Position numbers and translations under genes: made by a program | Notes under the pieces: model-generated | Database searches by the model: none | What the model was told of the DNA's origin: nothing | The model's input: the letters and a program-made list of their open reading frames with translations, nothing else | Source of the DNA: Candidatus Doudnabacteria bacterium | Lineage (GTDB): Bacteria; Patescibacteriota; Doudnabacteria; UBA920 | Length of the DNA: 64,000 nt | Direction of reading: 5' to 3' | Assembly: GCA_003151625.1 (NCBI GenBank) | Contig: PLYC01000007.1 | Coordinates: forward strand, 81,181-145,180 | Shown: one piece after another, positions 36,084 to 45,662 of the stretch | Position numbering within the stretch: the stretch's first letter is position 1 | Layout of the letters: every line of letters starts with the position of its first letter

Positions 36084-37115
36084 TTAAATAAAATTTTTGA
36101 CTAACTTTTGTCCATCAGCTGGTTTTATAATCCATTTAATATTTTTATTTCCTTTCCACCAGGTCATTTGGCGTTTGCTGTAATGTTGGATGGCCAAGAG
36201 TAGCTGCTCAAACATTTCATCGTAGGTTATCTTTTTTTGTAGATAAAGGGCGATGAATTTATACTCCAAGCCAAAGGATTCCAATTTTTTCCAGGACAGA
36301 CCTTGCCTGTGTAATTTTAAAACTTCTTTTACCACTCCTAAACTAAGGCGCTGTTTAAGGCGTTTTTTTATTTTGGCGAACAGTTCTTTTTGCGGGGGAT
36401 TGATGCCAAGCCAAAGTGCATTGTAAGTGGGTAGTGAATAGTGGTCAGTGGATAGTGTCGGTACCGGCTTACCCGTGGTGATCACAATTTCGAGTGCGCG
36501 GATGAGTCGGCGCTTGTTGGATTTGTCTATATTTTTTGCGCGGACAGGGTCGAGCTTTTTGAGCCTCCGATAAAGGTTATCGGCAGATTTTTTTTCGAGC
36601 TTCATCCGCAACTTCAAATTGGGTTTAACGTCGGGAATCATCTGATTATAAACCACGGCGTCTATCCAGTGCGCGGTTCCTCCGCAAAGAATCGGCAGTT
36701 TGCCGCGGGCAAATATATCTTTGATTGCTTTTTTCGCATCACGCTGGAAAAGTGCGGCTGAGTACCGGCGTTTGGGATTTATAACATCTATAAGGTGGTG
36801 GGGAATATTCTTATAAATAAAATACTTGTTAAAATCAGAGCCGTGATTTAAGCTAGTATATACTTTTGATAACTTAATAAATTCATCGCCCGGCGCTGTT
36901 GGCTCGGGATGACGAACGATTGGAAAAGGCTGCCAATTGCCCATCACCTTGCCGGTTCCCAAGTCCATGCCTTTGTATATCTGCCGGCTGTCGCAGGAAA
37001 TTATTTCGCCGTTAAAACGTTTGGCGAACTTGACGGCAAGTTCTGATTTACCCGATGATGTTGGGCCGACGATGACGAAAATTTTGTTCATAGTAAAATA
37101 GGACTTACAGGACAA
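36084..37115 (-). CDS. miaA: tRNA dimethylallyltransferase MiaA
   Basis: P-loop GPTSSGKS and CDSRQIY(K)GMDIGT motifs. It contains a short in-frame simple-repeat insertion (agtggNtag x3, 36426-36457). Confidence 0.9.
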   Translation of the reverse strand: MSCKSYFTMNKIFVIVGPTSSGKSELAVKFAKRFNGEIISCDSRQIYKGMDLGTGKVMGNWQPFPIVRHPEPTAPGDEFIKLSKVYTSLNHGSDFNKYFIYKNIPHHLIDVINPKRRYSAALFQRDAKKAIKDIFARGKLPILCGGTAHWIDAVVYNQMIPDVKPNLKLRMKLEKKSADNLYRRLKKLDPVRAKNIDKSNKRRLIRALEIVITTGKPVPTLSTDHYSLPTYNALWLGINPPQKELFAKIKKRLKQRLSLGVVKEVLKLHRQGLSWKKLESFGLEYKFIALYLQKKITYDEMFEQLLLAIQHYSKRQMTWWKGNKNIKWIIKPADGQKLVKNFI

Positions 37116-37149
37116 ATAAGACTAATATGACAAATAGGTCATCGCTCGG

Positions 37150-37235
37150 TTATTTTTTTTCCGCCGTGTGCCGGCGGTTTTTTTAAGCTTGCGCCGTGAA
37201 GGCGCATTCGCGGGCGTTTTTTTATTTCCCGTTTT
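37150..37235 (+). promoter_or_regulatory. Three consecutive GC-hairpin + U-run elements (attenuator/leader-like) upstream of the 37323 gene
   Basis: ccgccg-tgtg-ccggcgg-ttttttt; gcgcc-gtgaa-ggcgc; gcgggcg-ttttttt. No upstream plus-strand gene exists that they could terminate. Confidence 0.35.
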
Positions 37236-37322
37236 TTGGCTTTTGTGGCAAATTCGTCGCTAATTTTTTTTCTCATATTGTATGATATAATTAATAATAT
37301 TATAACATTAACTAAAAAATAT

Positions 37323-37853
37323 ATGAAAAAAGTAATCATTATCTTAATTGGTTTAATATTAGTAGTCGGAGTTTTTTATGTCTTTAGTAAAAAAGAAGCT
37401 AAGGTTCCGGTAGTGGAAAATTCAACAAATAGTACGACTCCAAATTCTGCTCCAAGTGAGCCTGCCGTACAGCCGCAGGCACAGCCGCAAACTCAAACCA
37501 ATGTCAAAAATACTCCGGGTGCGGATTATACGCCGCCCCAGGCAACCGGAGGCGGGGAGAACGCCGGCTCCAATATTCAGGTTTACGAGGTGGACTTCGA
37601 CGGCACCGCCTATTCGCCAAGCGTCAGCAGTCTTAGGGTTGGGGACTATATTTTTTTTAAAAATAAAAGTTCCGGGAATTTTTGGCCGGTAGCGGGTTCC
37701 GCGAATACCATAGCCGCTTACCCGCAGTTTAACCCAAAAAGCCCCATTGCCGCGGGCGGAGAATATAAGTTTCAGTTTTCCAAAGCCGGCAATTGGAGCT
37801 TTGGCGATAATCTAAAAGCTAACTCGGTTTTTACCGTAAACGTCAGCCAATAA
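37323..37853 (+). CDS. Membrane-anchored secreted protein with a cupredoxin-like C-terminal domain; hypothetical
   Basis: N-terminal TM helix MKKVIIILIGLILVVGVFYVF, a P/Q-rich linker, then a beta-sandwich-like segment (EVDFDGTAYSP...GDYIFFKNKSS...). Confidence 0.4.
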   Translation: MKKVIIILIGLILVVGVFYVFSKKEAKVPVVENSTNSTTPNSAPSEPAVQPQAQPQTQTNVKNTPGADYTPPQATGGGENAGSNIQVYEVDFDGTAYSPSVSSLRVGDYIFFKNKSSGNFWPVAGSANTIAAYPQFNPKSPIAAGGEYKFQFSKAGNWSFGDNLKANSVFTVNVSQ

Positions 37854-37868
37854 ATAAGGCAGCCTTCC

Positions 37869-37911
37869 TTGATGGGCACCATTTGGGGTGGCCCCAGATG
37901 GTGCCCATCAA
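37869..37911. other. 43-bp perfect palindrome (14-bp stem) downstream of the 37323 gene
   Basis: ttgatgggcaccat-ttggggtggccccag-atggtgcccatcaa. Confidence 0.6.
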
Positions 37912-37956
37912 CCATTTCATCCCTTAATTTACCAACCCCAATTGCCGAGGCTGGTT

Positions 37957-37985
37957 TTGCTTAAATGACGATTTTAAGTTATAAT
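37957..37985 (+). promoter_or_regulatory. sigma70-like promoter for holB (TTGCTT-17-TATAAT)
   Basis: ttgcttaaatgacgattttaagttataat. Confidence 0.5.
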
Positions 37986-38020
37986 TTAAGCGTTGAAATC
38001 GGAAAATTTACAATATAGTC

Positions 38021-38872
38021 ATGGAAACTCTAGCGACGGAAATTTGGCAAACTTTTGGACATGGAAATGTAAAATCTATTTTAAATAAGCAACTTGAGGC
38101 AAATAGATTTCCCCACGCTTATTTGTTTGCCGGACCCGGCGGAATTGGCAAAAAAACTTTAGCTTTGGAGTTCGCGCAAAAAGTTTTAGCGACCCGCGTC
38201 TTAACCACGCATCCCGATTTTGCTATTTTGGACGAGCCGGGCGAAATTATTATGGAGACGATTTTGGATTTTATTTCCCGTCTTTCATTTAAGCCGTTTT
38301 TGGCCAAATATAAAATCGCCATAATTAACAACGCCCAAAATTTGAATGTAAAGAGTTCAAACGCGCTCCTTAAAACTTTGGAAGAAGCTTCGCCCAGCAG
38401 TATTATAATTTTATTGGCCGACACTTCCCGTCTTTTGCCAACCATAGTGTCCCGCTGTCAGGTTTTAAATTTTAGCCCGTTCAGTAAAAATCAACTGGAT
38501 GAATTTGCCAAAAGCGCCAGCTTAAAGGTAAGCGAGTCTGTCCAAGATTTGAGTTTTGGCAGTCCGGCCCGTTTGAAGCGGCTGTCGCAAGATAAGGATT
38601 TTTTTATCAGCGAGGAAAAAATTGTTGAAAATTATAAAAATTTTTTAAAAATGCGTTTGGGAGAAAAGCTTATGTCTATAAGAGATTTGGCGGAAATGGA
38701 AACGGAAGATTTGGCGGCAAGCATAACAACCTGGTTGTGCTGGCAAATTTTTCACTTAAACGAAAATCCACAGGCTTTTACCAAAGTTCGGGCGCTAAGC
38801 GATTCGTTGGAAAGTTTGCATCAAAATCAAAATAAAAAATTGGTATTGCAGGGTTTGTTATTAAAAATTTGA
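38021..38872 (+). CDS. holB: DNA polymerase III delta' subunit
   Basis: AYLFAGPGGIGKKTLA Walker A, and a clamp-loader AAA+ fold. Confidence 0.85.
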   Translation: METLATEIWQTFGHGNVKSILNKQLEANRFPHAYLFAGPGGIGKKTLALEFAQKVLATRVLTTHPDFAILDEPGEIIMETILDFISRLSFKPFLAKYKIAIINNAQNLNVKSSNALLKTLEEASPSSIIILLADTSRLLPTIVSRCQVLNFSPFSKNQLDEFAKSASLKVSESVQDLSFGSPARLKRLSQDKDFFISEEKIVENYKNFLKMRLGEKLMSIRDLAEMETEDLAASITTWLCWQIFHLNENPQAFTKVRALSDSLESLHQNQNKKLVLQGLLLKI

Positions 38873-38950
38873 TGCCGCGGTGCATAATGAACCCATCAGA
38901 TTTTGTAATATTTAAATCGCCTAAAATATTATCGTGCCAAAATTAAATAT

Positions 38951-40054
38951 ATGGGAGAAGTAAAAATAAAATTTAGTTGGACTGGCAAAAAATTTATTTT
39001 TATTATTGGGCTGTTGTTATTGTCCGCTTCGTGCAATGTTTTTAGCACACCACCCCAGGCTGGCGTCTATAAAACGTTAAACGGCGGCGTGGACTGGAAA
39101 ACGGCCGATGTTTTAAAAACAGGAACCGGAAGCATATCGACAACTTATATTTCCAAGCTCGGCTTTGATCCATCTAACAGCCAAACGGTCTACGCCGGAA
39201 GTTACAGCAGCGGGTTGTATAAATCGGACGATTCGGCCGCGACCTGGACCAACATTTTGTCTAACATTGAAGTTTACGATTTTGCGGTTGATCCTCAAAA
39301 TACCAAAATAATTTACGTGGCCGGTTTTTACGGCACTGCAGGCCGGGTGGTAAAAACCACGGACGGCGGAGCGAGTTGGAATGAAATTTACCATGAAGGC
39401 AGCAGCTTGAATCCCGTCCGAACAGTCGCACTAAATCCGCAAAATCCTAATCAAGTAGTAATAGGCACAACATCGGGAAGTTTTATTAAAAGTTCAGACG
39501 GAGGCATATCCTGGCAGCTGGTGAATAATTTTAACGACCAAATCAACCAAGTTTTGTGGCAAAGCAACGTGTATGTTTTATTAAAAGATAACGGCCTGTT
39601 TGAATACCCCGACATAAGCGCGACTTCCACCGAGCTGACCAAAAGTTTAAGAAATTCTTTTAATTCGGGCGCAATAGATTATATAGATTATGCCGGAAGC
39701 AGTTCTTCCCTTGGAACTTACCATCAGGTTTATGCGGATCCTTTTACCTCAAGTTTGATTTATTTAACAACCGATAAAGGATTATACAAAAGCCTGGACA
39801 CCGGGCAAACCTGGGTACTGCAGAGCCTGCCTGTCCAGCCGGGGAAAGATCCCGTCCGCGCCATTGCCGTGGCCAGAAATAACAGTAATATAGTTTATAC
39901 GAGCGCAGCGGGCACGGTTTATAAATCTTTGGATGGCGGTCAGACCTGGCAGACCCAAGGGTTAGTCGCCACCGGGTTTGTAAATTTTCTTATAGTAGAT
40001 CCCCAGTTGCCCCAAATAGCTTATTCAGGAATTTATATTGACACTAGTAATTAA
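38951..40054 (+). CDS. Secreted BNR/Asp-box repeat beta-propeller protein (Ycf48/sialidase-like)
   Basis: Six or more S-x-D-x-G-x-T-W repeats (TTDGGASWNEI, SSDGGISWQLV, SLDTGQTWVL, SLDGGQTWQT...). N-terminal signal anchor. Confidence 0.7.
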   Translation: MGEVKIKFSWTGKKFIFIIGLLLLSASCNVFSTPPQAGVYKTLNGGVDWKTADVLKTGTGSISTTYISKLGFDPSNSQTVYAGSYSSGLYKSDDSAATWTNILSNIEVYDFAVDPQNTKIIYVAGFYGTAGRVVKTTDGGASWNEIYHEGSSLNPVRTVALNPQNPNQVVIGTTSGSFIKSSDGGISWQLVNNFNDQINQVLWQSNVYVLLKDNGLFEYPDISATSTELTKSLRNSFNSGAIDYIDYAGSSSSLGTYHQVYADPFTSSLIYLTTDKGLYKSLDTGQTWVLQSLPVQPGKDPVRAIAVARNNSNIVYTSAAGTVYKSLDGGQTWQTQGLVATGFVNFLIVDPQLPQIAYSGIYIDTSN

Positions 40055-40151
40055 TTAATACCGCGGATCCAAACGCGGATGACGACGCAGATCTGACGCG
40101 GAAGATCAGTATCTGCGTTTAATCCGCGCAGCTATCTGCGTTAAATCAGCG

Positions 40152-40715
40152 GTGTATATGATTGATCAAATACTAAACAGCAACAAAGAACATTTTGAAA
40201 AAGCTATGGAGCATTTTTTGCACGAGCTTTCCGGAGTAAGAACTGGGCGCGCGAATCCCGCGCTGCTTAATAGCGTGACTGTTGAATCTTACGGTTCAAA
40301 GTCACCGCTGGAACATGTGGCTTCGGTTTCGGTAAGTGATGCCCGGACTTTGGTTATTAGCCCGTGGGACAAAGGTCAGATTTCTGCTATTGAAAAGGGG
40401 ATTCAACTTGCTAATTTAGGTTTTAATCCCAGCAACGATGGCGTAGTTATTCGCATTAACCTTCCGGCCTTAAACGAAGAACGAAGGAAAGAAATGGTAA
40501 AACTGGTTGGCCAGCTGGCGGAAAAGGGAAAAATCGGCATTCGCAACGCACGCGAAACCACGCACAAAGAAATGAAGAAAGCCGAGGCCGACAAACAAAT
40601 TAGTAAAGACCAGCTTGAAGCCGGTCAAAAAAAGTTACAGGAAGTAGTGGATAAATATAACGAAGAGATAAAGAAGCACGCGGAAGCGAAGGAAAAGGAA
40701 GTAATGACGGTTTGA
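40152..40715 (+). CDS. frr: Ribosome recycling factor
   Basis: Full-length RRF pattern (...LSGVRTGRANPALLNSV...RNARE...). Confidence 0.9.
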   Translation: MYMIDQILNSNKEHFEKAMEHFLHELSGVRTGRANPALLNSVTVESYGSKSPLEHVASVSVSDARTLVISPWDKGQISAIEKGIQLANLGFNPSNDGVVIRINLPALNEERRKEMVKLVGQLAEKGKIGIRNARETTHKEMKKAEADKQISKDQLEAGQKKLQEVVDKYNEEIKKHAEAKEKEVMTV

Positions 40716-40760
40716 TTTTACGGTCTAATTTTAAAAACTTAAAATTAAATTGAAAATAAT

Positions 40761-41381
40761 ATGCCAGAAATTGACAAAGGGGTCATTCCCACAGAATACG
40801 ATTTGAAAAAGGTAACGCCTGAGGAAGAGATTGGCGGTCGTCATCTTGAACAAATACTATTAGAGTGCGGCTCTGATGCCGAAACAGTCGAAAAGATTTT
40901 AAAAGCGATGTCCCAGAAGTTAAAAGATAGAAGATCGCCGATGGTTAATCGTGATGAGGCTAGTCCGCCATTGCCCGAAGTAAAGAGGAAAGATTTGGCA
41001 AGGTTTGAGCAACTGGTCTTGGAAAATATAGATCAGGTTGATTACGATCTTATTATGAAAAAACATAGAAGGTTTAACCCCGATGATACGAAACGAGCTT
41101 TTCAGGAATTGCTTGACAGTAAAAATATACCTATAAAAATAAAAGAAGTTATAATTCCCGAAGATCGAGGAATCATTGAATTCACTTTAGAGGGAGTTGA
41201 CCGGAGTTTTGCTGCGGCGACGCCGAATTCGCCTATTGGGCATGGCCGGGGGCAAGTTTTATTTGAAAGTTCTAGTTATAATAAGGTGATTATAAAAACG
41301 ACAAGATTGGCGCAATTCCGTCCGGAAATTCCCGGCCGCGATTTAGAAGTGGTTGTAAAAGGAAGCGTTGTTAACAGATAA
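40761..41381 (+). CDS. Hypothetical protein
   Basis: 206-aa ORF with no recognisable motif. Confidence 0.4.
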   Translation: MPEIDKGVIPTEYDLKKVTPEEEIGGRHLEQILLECGSDAETVEKILKAMSQKLKDRRSPMVNRDEASPPLPEVKRKDLARFEQLVLENIDQVDYDLIMKKHRRFNPDDTKRAFQELLDSKNIPIKIKEVIIPEDRGIIEFTLEGVDRSFAAATPNSPIGHGRGQVLFESSSYNKVIIKTTRLAQFRPEIPGRDLEVVVKGSVVNR

Positions 41382-41402
41382 TTTTTAAAAATTTTATTCA
41401 GA

Positions 41403-42521
41403 ATGTTTATAACTATTTTAATTTTCATCATAATTCTAGGAATTCTCGTCTTTGTCCACGAATTCGGGCATTTCGTTGTGGCTAAAAAATCGGGGATGCA
41501 GGTGGAGGAGTTTGGATTTGGTTTTCCGCCGAGGATATTTGGCTTCCAGAGAATCGAAGGCAAATGGAAAATTGTTGGGTTAAGAAATAAACAAATTGAC
41601 CCAAGCAAAACGGTTTACTCTATAAATTATATTCCCCTTGGCGGGTTTGTCAGGATTTTGGGCGAGAATAACGACAACGAGAACCACCCGGGAAGTTTTA
41701 TTAACAAAGGTTTTTGGCCGAGGTTTTTTACGCTGGTTGCCGGAGTGGTTATGAACGTAATTTTAGCCTGGGTAATATTTTCGGCCGGCTACACAATCGG
41801 CCTGCCTGTGGCAATAGACAGTTTGGCAGATGTCCCGGCTCACGCCACTCTCACACACCCCCAAACGGCGATTTTGGATGTTACAAAAAATCTTCCTGCC
41901 GACAAAGCCGGAATAAAACCAAACGACATAATTCTTTCATTAGACGGCAAGAGTTTTAATTCCGTTGACGATTTTCAAAAATATATTCAAACGCACGAAG
42001 GATTAAATATAACTTTTGAAGTGCAAAGAGGCGCGGAGCATTTAAGTATTCCGGTTACCCCAAATGTAAACCCTCCCGCAGGGCAGGGCGCTACTGGCAT
42101 AAGTATTTCTTTGCTTGGCCGGCTTAAGTACCCGTGGTATTTGGCCATTTGGCAGGGCGCCGCGGCAACACTCTCCGGCATAGCCTCTATAGTTTATGGC
42201 CTCTATAGTTTATTTTCCCAGCACATGGGTTTTTCTTCCCTGGGCGGACCGGTGCAGATTGCCAAACTTACGGGTCAAGTGGCCGGTTTGGGGTTTGTTT
42301 TCCTAATGCAATTTACGGCGTTTTTGTCGCTAAATTTAGCGGTGCTGAATATTTTACCATTCCCGGCTTTGGACGGCGGCAGGGTAATATTTTTGTTGAT
42401 AGAAACCGTGCGCCGCAAGCGCAACAACCAAAAAGTGGAGCAAATAGTCAACACCGCCGGTTTTGTGTTTTTAATTTTGTTGATGATAGCGGTAACAGTA
42501 CATGATATTATTAGAAAATAG
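41403..42521 (+). CDS. rseP: RIP metalloprotease RseP (site-2 protease, M50) with PDZ domain
   Basis: HEFGHFVVAK (HExxH), a PDZ domain, and a C-terminal LDGG motif. Confidence 0.9.
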   Translation: MFITILIFIIILGILVFVHEFGHFVVAKKSGMQVEEFGFGFPPRIFGFQRIEGKWKIVGLRNKQIDPSKTVYSINYIPLGGFVRILGENNDNENHPGSFINKGFWPRFFTLVAGVVMNVILAWVIFSAGYTIGLPVAIDSLADVPAHATLTHPQTAILDVTKNLPADKAGIKPNDIILSLDGKSFNSVDDFQKYIQTHEGLNITFEVQRGAEHLSIPVTPNVNPPAGQGATGISISLLGRLKYPWYLAIWQGAAATLSGIASIVYGLYSLFSQHMGFSSLGGPVQIAKLTGQVAGLGFVFLMQFTAFLSLNLAVLNILPFPALDGGRVIFLLIETVRRKRNNQKVEQIVNTAGFVFLILLMIAVTVHDIIRK

Positions 42522-42547
42522 AATTTAATTGGGAATGTAAATATTTT

Positions 42548-43177
42548 ATGGATCGCGAAAGAATAGATTTGGAACAGGCACGTAAACAGCAATTTGAGCA
42601 GCTTCGCAATAATCCAAAATTGTTGGCGGCCTTGTTAGAGGAAGTTGGTAGTGAGCAAGAAGTAAAGGTGCATTTGTCCGATGTTGGCGCTCTTAATGGT
42701 ATATCCGGAGTTGAAGCACTAACTTTTAGTAATTCTCGTACAAATTCCAACATTGCCAATTTGATGGAGTATCTTAACGGTCCAATAATTAGTGATAATT
42801 TTAAACAACAATCTGACAGGAGAAAATGGAGAGGGTCTTTGCAGTTCGGTGGGTCATTTTCAAACAGCTCGGTAAACCATCCCGAATTAAATCTTTTAAG
42901 CCCGCAAACTGTGGGAGCGCTGACTCACGAATTTCTTGAAAATAACAAACTTAGAAGAGGCAGAATAGCCTTAACACTTACGTGCCTAAAGGAGGTTATT
43001 GCTATTTTAAAAAATCCTCAAATTTCTGGAAATATAAATCAGATTATTGAAGCTTATAGGAATTATGACAAAATGGATTCTGTGGATAAAATAAAATTAG
43101 TTGAAGGTTTGACCAATTTGATTATTGAAGTATTAAGAATGATAAAAAGTAATTTTAGCCAACATGAAGCAATCTAG
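42548..43177 (+). CDS. Hypothetical protein
   Basis: 209 aa. Overlaps the proS start by 14 nt. Confidence 0.4.
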   Translation: MDRERIDLEQARKQQFEQLRNNPKLLAALLEEVGSEQEVKVHLSDVGALNGISGVEALTFSNSRTNSNIANLMEYLNGPIISDNFKQQSDRRKWRGSLQFGGSFSNSSVNHPELNLLSPQTVGALTHEFLENNKLRRGRIALTLTCLKEVIAILKNPQISGNINQIIEAYRNYDKMDSVDKIKLVEGLTNLIIEVLRMIKSNFSQHEAI

Positions 43178-44405
43178 GTATTTTTTAAAAACCAGCAAAA
43201 CCACTCCAGCTGATGATTTATCCATAAACGCCAAACTTTTAGAACAAGGAGGGTTTGTGCAAAAGGTGCTGGCGGGAGTTTATGATTTTTTGCCTTTGGG
43301 TTTGAGGGTTTTGCAAAAAATTGAAAACATTGTGCGCGGGGAAATGGACAAAATCGGCAATGAAATGTTTATGCCGGTGCTGCATCCCAAAGAAAATTGG
43401 GAAAAGACAGGGCGGTGGAGCGGGCTGGATGTGCTATTTAAAATTAAATCCCAGCATGGCAACGAATATGCCTTGGGACCGACGCACGAAGAAATTGTTA
43501 CGCCCGCAGCCCAAGCCATTATTAATAGCTATAAAGATTTGCCATTGGCCGTGTATCAGATCCAGACCAAGTTCCGCGACGAACCGCGTGCAAAAAGCGG
43601 GCTTCTGCGCGGTCGTGAATTTCGGATGAAAGATCTTTATAGCTTTCACGCGACGGCAGAAGATCTGGACGAGTACTATAACAAAACAGCCATGCCGGCT
43701 TACGAAGCGGTTTATAAACGGCTCGGCCTTGACGCGCTTTTGACGGAAGCCAGCGGCGGAACATTTTCCAAGTACTCACACGAGTACCAGGTGGAGACCG
43801 AAAACGGCGAGGACACAATTTATGTTTGTGAAAAATGCGGCCTTGCTAAAAATAAGGAAATTTTTGAAGAAGGGGCAAAGTGCACAAACTGCGGCAAAAC
43901 CTCCTGGCGAGAGACAAAAGGGTGTGAAGTCGGCAATATTTTTAAGCTGCAGGACAAATATTCCAAAGCTTTTAATTTGCAGTACACGGCGCAGGACGGC
44001 AGCAAAAATATTGTACTTATGGGCTGTTATGGCTTGGGAACTTCCCGTGTAATGGGGGTAATTGTGGAAAAATTCCACGACAGCAAGGGCATAATTTGGC
44101 CCGAGGCCGTGGCGCCGTTTAAAGTGCATCTTTTGGCGCTAAACGGCGCGGAAAAAGAGTCGGGCAAAATTTACGAGTCTTTATTAAATAGCGGCATTGA
44201 GGTATTATATGATGATAGGGAAGTAAGCGCCGGCGCAAAGTTTGCGGACTCGGATTTAATTGGAATCCCTTATCGGGTATTGGTTTCGGCAAAGACTTTG
44301 GATAAACAATCGGTGGAATTTAAAAAAAGGAACGAAACCGAAGCAAAATTAGTTAATATTTCTGACTTGGCCAGCTATATCGGCGCCCAAAACCAAAAGC
44401 AGTAA
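43164..44405 (+). CDS. proS: Prolyl-tRNA synthetase, minimal form lacking the INS editing domain (replaced by a C4 Zn ribbon)
   Basis: Class II motifs (RDEPRAKSGLLRGREFRMKDLYSFH; GCYGLGTSRVMG), a C-terminal anticodon-binding domain, and an inserted CEKCG...CTNCG ribbon. Confidence 0.85.
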   Translation: MKQSRYFLKTSKTTPADDLSINAKLLEQGGFVQKVLAGVYDFLPLGLRVLQKIENIVRGEMDKIGNEMFMPVLHPKENWEKTGRWSGLDVLFKIKSQHGNEYALGPTHEEIVTPAAQAIINSYKDLPLAVYQIQTKFRDEPRAKSGLLRGREFRMKDLYSFHATAEDLDEYYNKTAMPAYEAVYKRLGLDALLTEASGGTFSKYSHEYQVETENGEDTIYVCEKCGLAKNKEIFEEGAKCTNCGKTSWRETKGCEVGNIFKLQDKYSKAFNLQYTAQDGSKNIVLMGCYGLGTSRVMGVIVEKFHDSKGIIWPEAVAPFKVHLLALNGAEKESGKIYESLLNSGIEVLYDDREVSAGAKFADSDLIGIPYRVLVSAKTLDKQSVEFKKRNETEAKLVNISDLASYIGAQNQKQ

Positions 44406-44417
44406 AACAAACAATAT

Positions 44418-44493
44418 CCTAATATCAAAAATATCCTAATATCTTTGAAAGATATTAATAGATATTTAGATATTAGGATATTTAAAAAAACTT
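44418..44493. promoter_or_regulatory. Array of four AATATCCTAATATC sites (two direct, two inverted) between proS and mreB
   Basis: aatatcctaatatc-aaa-aatatcctaatatc...gatattaatagatattta-gatattaggatattt. Related GATATT-rich arrays lie at 59538-59633. Confidence 0.55.
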
Positions 44494-44515
44494 ATCGTGA
44501 CTTAAAAATAGAATT

Positions 44516-45568
44516 ATGTTTGACAATTTTTATAAAAAATTCAGTAAAGATATTGGAATAGATCTCGGCACCGCCAACACGCTCGTTTATGTTAAGGGTA
44601 AGGGGATTGTGATTAATGAACCCAGCGTGGTGGCGGTAAACCAGCGCACCAAGCAAATCCTCGCCATTGGCAACGAAGCCAGGCTTATGGTCGGCCGCAC
44701 GCCCCCGCACATTGTGGCAACCCGGCCGCTTGTGGACGGGGTGATTTCCGATTTTGAAGTTACCGAAGCTATGCTCCGGTATTTTATAGACAAAGTTCAC
44801 GCGCAAACTTACAGTTTTTTGCGCCGCCCCCGCGTGGTTATTGGCATTCCTTCCGGCGTGACCGAAGTGGAAAGAAGAGCCGTGCAGGACGCTGCAATAA
44901 ATGCCGGAGCCGCCCGGGCTTATTTAATAGAAGAGCCTATGGCCGCGGCTATTGGAGCCAGGCTTAATGTTCAGGACGCGTCCGGAAGCATGATAGTGGA
45001 TATTGGGGGCGGCACCACGGAAATTGCCGTTATCTCGCTTGGGGGCATTGTTATCTCCAAAAGCATTCGCATTGCCGGCGACGAAATGAATGAAAATATT
45101 ATCCAGTATGCCCGGGACAATTTTAATTTATTAATTGGTGAGCGCAGCGCCGAGGACGTTAAAATTAAAATCGGCAGCGCCTATCCGCTTGGCCAGCCGA
45201 TTTACGCGCAAATGCGCGGACGGGATTTGGTTTCCGGCCTGCCCAAGGAAGTGACTATTTCCGACACGCAGGTTCGGGAGGCCTTAATGCACAGCCTAAG
45301 AACTATAGTCAATAGCATTAAGGCTGTTATTGAGGAAATTCCGCCGGAATTGATTTCCGACATTTTAGACAAAGGCATTGTGATGGCCGGCGGCGGGTCC
45401 CTGCTACGGGGTCTGGACAAATTGGTCCGCGAAGTTACTTGCATGCCCGTAAACATTGCCGAAGATCCGCTAACCTGCGTGGTGCGCGGGGCCGGAGTCG
45501 TGGTAGAAGATTTGGAAGTATTAAAAGATGTCTTGGTACCCACAGAGTTCGCGAAGATACCAAGATAG
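44516..45568 (+). CDS. mreB: Rod shape-determining protein MreB
   Basis: Actin-fold motif IGIDLGTANTLVYV. Confidence 0.95.
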   Translation: MFDNFYKKFSKDIGIDLGTANTLVYVKGKGIVINEPSVVAVNQRTKQILAIGNEARLMVGRTPPHIVATRPLVDGVISDFEVTEAMLRYFIDKVHAQTYSFLRRPRVVIGIPSGVTEVERRAVQDAAINAGAARAYLIEEPMAAAIGARLNVQDASGSMIVDIGGGTTEIAVISLGGIVISKSIRIAGDEMNENIIQYARDNFNLLIGERSAEDVKIKIGSAYPLGQPIYAQMRGRDLVSGLPKEVTISDTQVREALMHSLRTIVNSIKAVIEEIPPELISDILDKGIVMAGGGSLLRGLDKLVREVTCMPVNIAEDPLTCVVRGAGVVVEDLEVLKDVLVPTEFAKIPR

Positions 45569-45662
45569 AAGCTGTGCCAGACGCAGTACGCAAACGCGGG
45601 GACAAAAACGCCGCGGCGTCTAACACGGCGTTTGCTTACAGCGTTTAATTCAGCTTCTATAT

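Noticed and set aside
43082-43090. oriC / DnaA-box cluster
   Set aside because: Only isolated DnaA-box-like 9-mers occur (tgtggataa inside an ORF at 43082, near-matches at 21360 and 22298). There is no clustered array or AT-rich unwinding element.
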